57,352 bases of DNA from a virus (Duplodnaviria; Caudoviricetes): positions 1 through 57,352 of the IMG/VR virus record IMGVR_UViG_3300030329_004815; one strand, given 5' to 3'. Shown one piece after another: positions 53,001-57,352 of the stretch. Position 1 is the stretch's first letter, and the number at the start of each line of letters is the position of its first letter. Below the pieces are notes generated by a model. It was not told the DNA's origin and did no database searches. It saw only the letters and a list, made by a program, of their open reading frames with translations. A program made the translations under genes and the position numbers.

Positions 53001-54952
53001 TGGAATCCGCCACCGCCGGGAGCGTTGGCTCCGCAATCGCTTTTGGGGCTGTCGGCGGATTTGTGGATGCTAGGGTCGTCGGTCGGGTTCTCGTTGCCAA
53101 CAGCCATTTTAATTTGAGATGGATTAAATACGGCAATCTCCCAAGCGTCTTGTATTTTATTGGATTTGCCACGGGTTCTAAAGATTGAATCAGCATTATG
53201 TGGAGCTGAACTGATCGGGTCTTCTTTCTGTATTGGGCTAGTCGCCCTTAGATAAAATGGTATTGGCGTTCCGTACTTTTTCGCCACATTTATATCTGGA
53301 GAAAAATACGCTCCGGCTTCCATTCCACCTTCTGTATCAAAGACATCAAACCCAATATCCCAAACAATTTTCCCGTCTTTTATCTCTTTAATTTTGGGGT
53401 CTTTTACGCCGTGATAAACAACCAGCGGATCGCCGTTTTCGTCAACTACCTTTGAGTCGCCAAACCACTCGTCGAACGCTTTAGTTCTTTTACCTGACGC
53501 AGACTCATCACCATCTTTGTCCGCAGCACAGTCATTCCCCGGTTGAAATCCTCCACCGCCGGGAGCGTTGGCTCCGCAATCGTCGTCAGCTTTGAATACT
53601 GACAGCCAGAGAGATTCGTGGCAGGGAAGGGATTTAGAATCTTGCTCGGCTTGTGTTGAGCTAGATTCTCGTTTTTTAATAAAAGCCTCAATGTCGGACC
53701 GGCGACCTCCCGATGTTTCGTAATTGTCCGCTGCGCTGTCGTACATAGACTGGATTTTTACTTTATCAAACGATGGCATTTTCTTTTTGTTGTAAACGCT
53801 GTAGCCTTCCGGTTTTCCGACCACAATAGACTTGGGGTTCAGCACTAAAAGCTCTTTTTCACTATTGCCTTTCCAGTCGCCGATTTTTACAGCGTCAACG
53901 CCTTTGTCCCACAACGACTCGATGTGGTCTTCAACGTCTGCTGCATCAGTAAAACTGGGCATGTCAATAACTTTCGCTCCTTTTTTGAGCAAAACGGGGG
54001 CAACCGAGCCAGAGTCAGAACTGCCAGTAAAATTGGACGCTATGTCCCGGTCCTTAGAAAGCGAAACACCCCAATATTTTTCCCCATACCCTCCGCCAGA
54101 AATGTAGTCCCCCTCTTTCATTGACACGCTGGGGCGAAGATTGCTAATCGACCCGCCAGTGCCGTGATAAAAAAGATGGTCCTCCAAGTCATCGGCGTTT
54201 TTATATTTCGCAATCTCAGCATTGAACAGCCGCTCGCTTTTATCAGCACCGCCCGCTTTTTTAAGATACTTAATAATTTTTTCTTTCGTGTGACCGCCTC
54301 TCGGCTTCGGAAGATCGCGACGAGTATCCCAGTTAGCCCCAATTTTCATAGCTTCGATTTTGGTCTTTTTTTTCGCTAACTCAGTGTATTTATCAACAGT
54401 CGGCTTTACCGACATCTCAGACATTATCTTTTCTTTTTGCTTCTTGTTATATTCTGCCGCTTCTTGCTTTTGCTTTTTCAGGCCCGCCGAGTTTATTTTT
54501 TCGACAACCGGGTGCATCGCATTAGCGGCTATACCCCTAATCTTAATGTTTGCTCTTTCTTCTGCTGGATTGTCGGAGGGTTTTCGACCGACAGTGTCGC
54601 GCTGTAGCTTGCGCATCCTGTCCACATACTCTTGGTCGGTTTCCCCCTCGTTCCGCGCAGTTAATTTGTGTGCTAGTTCCTTCCCTTTAGCTAGAAGCAG
54701 GTCGTATTCGTCTTCATTCCTCAGGATGTCGGGGTCATAGTCCGGGTGTCCGGGGGAAGTGTTGAGTTTTACAAACGCATCTCGAAAATCGTCCGCAACG
54801 CTTTGCTCACCACCATCTTTATCCGCAGCACAGTCGTTACCCGGTTGGAATCCGCCAGAACCCGGCCCCGGCCCCCCGGTTGCGCCACAATCGCTCTTAG
54901 GGCCGTCGGCTTTAAAAACCGACTGCCAAAGCAGTTCGTGTTTCGGAAGCAT
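50012..54952 (-). CDS. Polyvalent protein 1 with five ADP-ribosyltransferase-like modules
   Basis: Start revised to the TGATG overlap at 54952 (1646 aa). Three YHG-type modules (two with SKVVDENGxPLVxYHG), one YR..YWS..EKE module and one VYRG..STS..EEE module. Confidence 0.8.
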   Translation of the reverse strand: MLPKHELLWQSVFKADGPKSDCGATGGPGPGSGGFQPGNDCAADKDGGEQSVADDFRDAFVKLNTSPGHPDYDPDILRNEDEYDLLLAKGKELAHKLTARNEGETDQEYVDRMRKLQRDTVGRKPSDNPAEERANIKIRGIAANAMHPVVEKINSAGLKKQKQEAAEYNKKQKEKIMSEMSVKPTVDKYTELAKKKTKIEAMKIGANWDTRRDLPKPRGGHTKEKIIKYLKKAGGADKSERLFNAEIAKYKNADDLEDHLFYHGTGGSISNLRPSVSMKEGDYISGGGYGEKYWGVSLSKDRDIASNFTGSSDSGSVAPVLLKKGAKVIDMPSFTDAADVEDHIESLWDKGVDAVKIGDWKGNSEKELLVLNPKSIVVGKPEGYSVYNKKKMPSFDKVKIQSMYDSAADNYETSGGRRSDIEAFIKKRESSSTQAEQDSKSLPCHESLWLSVFKADDDCGANAPGGGGFQPGNDCAADKDGDESASGKRTKAFDEWFGDSKVVDENGDPLVVYHGVKDPKIKEIKDGKIVWDIGFDVFDTEGGMEAGAYFSPDINVAKKYGTPIPFYLRATSPIQKEDPISSAPHNADSIFRTRGKSNKIQDAWEIAVFNPSQIKMAVGNENPTDDPSIHKSADSPKSDCGANAPGGGGFQPGNDCAADKDGGGDEPASGKRTKAFDEWFGDSKVVDENGEPLVLYHGSAAENIEEFDVSRAGTVQRSDWGEGVYFTPDEGLAETYASEAIGRSDSASKEANEKLDEYLKENGGRGDMYMRLDLRAGKITQEVYDVAQEMDREASRLFYESRKKKGTVYPAYVRMKNPYYYTYGGITDPYLADIAKGLGHDGIIIAAEGSSSPKDWEEVIVFDPKQIKSVDNEGTFDPDNPSIYKSKDNCGANAPGGGGFQPGNDCAADSGDGKVPDLSEFHEDNYKDSWDTGEPIEASSEYEEAYEQVKQEFIDRRSKMLAEADKERWHKDPDYRNKLMAEGANSKKNIAALKQKAAELAVEQKQNRSRQKFRNLISDLESRKYPIPAYRSIRIDASTKEEALQKLNLDDVGEYWSRDMDRARPAMGRSEQMTVMLRASVPSDDVDWQKTIDANMNPKYGDREKEITINPSTSLAITGIKVLDRGQDYTEGSFEDTEVQANSGRSGFYEGWDEGSGLTEAAKPVLSEIYRTKSADKPKSDCGANAPGGGGFQPGNDCAAKDKDGGAAEGRTTDRRTGKPSIDEREKFRIWEDDVIRARRAFDPDTNWTGFWLYGEDPDGNKYEGTSITVNSDGYRVDEHPDMRYERYEEDLDANSPLAEELTTARENQDLTEEQIAAIRDYTGGSSARRINGMVRSGESYDAQKIKEAGQEYLDTKQKELKRMSELAKSESDPHKFLSKARTIAGRISAENARLQKALKFAEIDMSNLTSYNDHISTAQSLGRSLMKDLNHESTILKEIRHARDIAVGFEPDEWGDYPDSSADEWYKDEHLESITSTAERLRATFSDDIGMSIRPSSETASKIKELIPAHRAKDKALIEKLKSSIGYLREDKKSVRVYRGITVDSIATKRIYDEIISGDDKFQLDGFGSTSIRTRISNGHMDDKSPGILLKINTKKGLWMEPNTKHDGEEEVVLAPHTQLRITDKNLYNVDGVARLVVEMDVIDE

Positions 54953-55284
54953 CACTTGCCTTTCGTGCAAAAAAGCCTGTGCCTCTGGCCCAAAAGCTCT
55001 TCGATTGTGTGTTTTACAATCCACGTTGTAGACTCGTCGTCTACAATTTTGTCGCCAGATTTTGGAGTCGTTGTTATAGAGCTGTCCCAAATATGCCAAA
55101 CGATGTCAGCACCAGACAAAAACCCTTGAATGGATGCCATTTCTTTTGCTGTGATTGGACGCTTTTCAGCATTAGTCACTGACTGGCCAGTAGCAAAAGT
55201 CCCGCCGCTTCGCGGATAGTATGTCACCGCTTTGGGGTCAGGCATAGAGTTTGCGTAGCTTGCTATTTCTTCAGGCGTAATCAT
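54952..55284 (-). CDS. Putative head closure / stopper protein
   Basis: 110 aa, PKSGDKIVD...WIV motif; follows the adaptor. Confidence 0.6.
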   Translation of the reverse strand: MITPEEIASYANSMPDPKAVTYYPRSGGTFATGQSVTNAEKRPITAKEMASIQGFLSGADIVWHIWDSSITTTPKSGDKIVDDESTTWIVKHTIEELLGQRHRLFCTKGK

Positions 55285-55988
55285 TAGAAGCTCGGTCGTT
55301 TGTATCTGTTGATAACTCTGGTGGCTGAATCTAGTCGAGCCATGGCTTCGGCACTTTGCGCGTACTGCACGTTAAAGTAGTCCAAAGAAACGCCGCTAAT
55401 TGGCATTCCGCCAGCAGCACTTTTCCGAGTCATAGCAACAATGTTGCAAATAGCCATTTTGATATCGACAGGGATGCTTGAGTATCCGGCGTTGTAAATG
55501 ACTTTTATATTTCCCCGCCGGTTCATTTCTAAATGCGATACTTCCGTTTGACCGGCAATTCGCTTGTTAGGCCACCTAGCACCGATTCTTTGTACAATTC
55601 CGCTAAAGCTCGTGGAACCGTTTAAGGCATCAAGTGCGTAATCCTCGCCTTTCGTCAATAAAGTCGAGGATGGGAAGGGGTCGGCTGAGGCTCCGTATCT
55701 CCCGTCCGCATCCTCGTGAATTGAGGTGATTGAGTTGACCGGGTACTCTCGCAAAACTAAGTCGAATTCACCGCTGCCGTCAAAATAGTGCGTGTAAGTA
55801 GCGGCTACAAATTTTCGCCCTGTTTCTCGCTCAAAAATTTCTTCAGCCTGAAGCCCCATTTGCGTTAATTTGGTGTCTTCGCCGGAACCTGAGATTCCCA
55901 GTTGAGTTTTGATATACGACAAAGAAGCGTAGGTTAAAGAACCTGCGCTTACTGCCGACATTGCTGTGGTAGAAGGAGAGTAGCCCAT
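55284..55988 (-). CDS. Head-tail adaptor (HK97 gp6 / SPP1 gp15-like)
   Basis: IKTQLGI...DTKL...ERETGRKF...YPVNSITSI...YNAGYSSIPVDIKMAI. Confidence 0.85.
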   Translation of the reverse strand: MGYSPSTTAMSAVSAGSLTYASLSYIKTQLGISGSGEDTKLTQMGLQAEEIFERETGRKFVAATYTHYFDGSGEFDLVLREYPVNSITSIHEDADGRYGASADPFPSSTLLTKGEDYALDALNGSTSFSGIVQRIGARWPNKRIAGQTEVSHLEMNRRGNIKVIYNAGYSSIPVDIKMAICNIVAMTRKSAAGGMPISGVSLDYFNVQYAQSAEAMARLDSATRVINRYKRPSF

Positions 55989-55989
55989 G

Positions 55990-57274
55990 TTAGCTCACTG
56001 TTAATGTTGTTGGGTTGCTTACCGAGTAGCTTGCGTGCTGGACCCATTGGTAGTATGTCCCAGCCGACAGGTTAAAGCTTACTTGGCCCGAAACATTTGT
56101 CGTGCCAGTAGCAACAAGCCCGTCAGTGTTACTGCTGTTTCCGGTGGTAATATCGACGTTGGCTCCGTCGATTGGTGACGACCCGTCTGTGATTGTAATT
56201 GTTCCGGCGATGTTTCCGCTTCCTCCGCCCGCCTGAGACAGAAGCAATCCCGCTGTTCCTGAAGTTGAATGCCCGCTAAGAACCTCGTCCCAAACACCGT
56301 CTGCGATTGCAGATACAGTTAAACTTCCCCCTCCGACCGTAGAAACCTGAGCGTCTAAGTATTTCCCAAACGTGCCTGATGAGGTGTAAGATGATGAGGC
56401 TGCGCCCCACACTCCGGCAACAATTTCAGTCACAGCATCGGCGGCAAGCTCTGAAGCTCCAATTGCATCAGCGGCAATTTTTGCAGCCGTAATTACATCG
56501 TTGTCTAAAGATTTGGTTGTAGCGTCTACTTGGTTGGACGTAGTAAACGTAAGCTGGTCGGTCTTTACTTTCACAGCATCCACGACGGTATCTACAGTGT
56601 CGATTAGTGCTTTTAAAGCACCTAAACCGTCTGTACCGTTACTCAAGTCTGTTTGGATGCCGTCGCAAACAGCATCTGTAGTAGCCAAGGCACTAGCCGT
56701 TGCCAAGCTAGACAAGGCTCCGCTGTCTGGAAGTGCATCTGTCACTACTTTGATGGCATCCACCACCCCATCTACCGTGTCTATCAATGCTTTCAAAGCA
56801 CCCAGCCCATCGGTCCCGTTTGACAGGTCGGTCTGGATTCCGTCGACAACAGTGTCTACCGTGTCGATTAGCGCCTTTAAAGCACCAAGGCCGTCAGTGC
56901 CGTTTGAAAGGTCTGTCTGGATTCCGTCGCATACTGCGTCTGTCGTAGCCAAAGCACCCTGAGTTGCAGGTGCGTTTGAATGAGAATAACCCGTGCCGTC
57001 AAACGTAGCTTCGAGATTGTCGGCTGCCGTAGCGTCACCGCTAATCTTGGCAACATCTACGGTAAGCTTTGCAGTACCACCGACGTATCCAGTTCCATCG
57101 TACATCGCTTCTAAATTGTCTGCTGCCGTCGTGTCCCCGCTGACGCTAACAATATCGACTCCAAGCTTCGCCGTTCCGCCAGCATAGCCAGTTCCGTCGT
57201 ACATCAACTCTAGGTTGTCCGCAGCAGTTGAGTCGCCGCTCACCTTTACAACGTCAACGCCAAGCTTTGTTGTA
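55990..57274 (-). CDS. C-terminal part of the junction-spanning repeat-rich virion protein
   Basis: About 34-aa repeats (VSGDxTAADNLExMYDGTGYxGGTxKLxVD), repeats of DGIQTDLSNGTDGLGALKALIDTVD, and an Ig/carboxypeptidase-regulatory-like C-terminus. Lies next to the head-tail adaptor. Confidence 0.75.
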
Positions 57275-57352
57275 CCACCCGCATATCCAGTGCCGTCATA
57301 CATTAGCTCTAAATTGTCTGCCGCTGTCGAATCGCCGCTGACCTTGATTATG
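57275..57352. repeat. Terminal direct repeat, right copy
   Basis: Identical to 1-78; a minus-strand reading frame continues across the junction. Confidence 0.95.

Larger units (their letters stand above)
46918..54952 (-). repeat. In-frame dispersed repeat encoding the CGANAPGGGGFQPGNDCA tag (9 copies here, a 10th in the portal at about 8881-8935)
   Basis: + strand core CC(A/G)CCGCCGGGAGCGTT at about 48151, 49175, 49886, 51384, 52260, 53010 and 53553, with variants at about 46950 and 54860. Confidence 0.92.

Noticed and set aside
46918-54952. Tag repeats as a CRISPR or guide array
   Set aside because: Spacing is about 0.5-1.5 kb, copies are in frame with codon-type variation, and there are no cas genes.
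46918-54952. Cys-initiated repeats as inteins or Hint domains
   Set aside because: Far too short; no block B TxxH and no C-terminal HN-C/S/T.
54953-55099. ORF-track N-terminus of the 1695-aa protein
   Set aside because: It overlaps the head-closure gene; the TGATG-coupled ATG at 54952 starts exactly at the repeated leader motif.
1-57352. Stop-codon reassignment or prophage state
   Set aside because: Genes are intact and tightly coupled in code 11; there is no integrase, att site or host flank.

Overview
The window is a complete, circularly permuted dsDNA tailed-phage genome of about 57,274 bp: bases 1-78 are repeated exactly at 57275-57352 and one gene reads across the join. It has an HK97-type head, a siphovirus-like tail with a -1 frameshifted chaperone, and a recombination/replication block (ERF, YqaJ, SSB, SF2 helicase, resolvase). 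I see no integrase, repressor, DNA polymerase or primase. Several genes look Planctomycetota-like (inference). The most striking element is three large polyvalent proteins (45.8-55.0 kb) inserted among the neck genes. Their enzyme modules (five ADP-ribosyltransferase-like domains, a JAB-like domain, a zeta-like kinase and others) are each preceded by the same two-Cys tag (CGANAPGGGGFQPGNDCA), often also by a leader LPxHExLWxSVFK-[S/A]. The tag recurs in the portal protein's tail. This suggests a capsid-targeted, prohead-protease-processed, recombinationally shuffled effector payload with small partner peptides. Other notable items: a candidate lysis cassette with proteases (holin-like, subtilase, trypsin-thioredoxin) and no recognisable peptidoglycan hydrolase; an early-gene array with repeated GNRA terminator/RBS units under duplicated boxA-like leaders; and two long structured non-coding regions. 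All family calls come from motif recognition by eye, with no database search.
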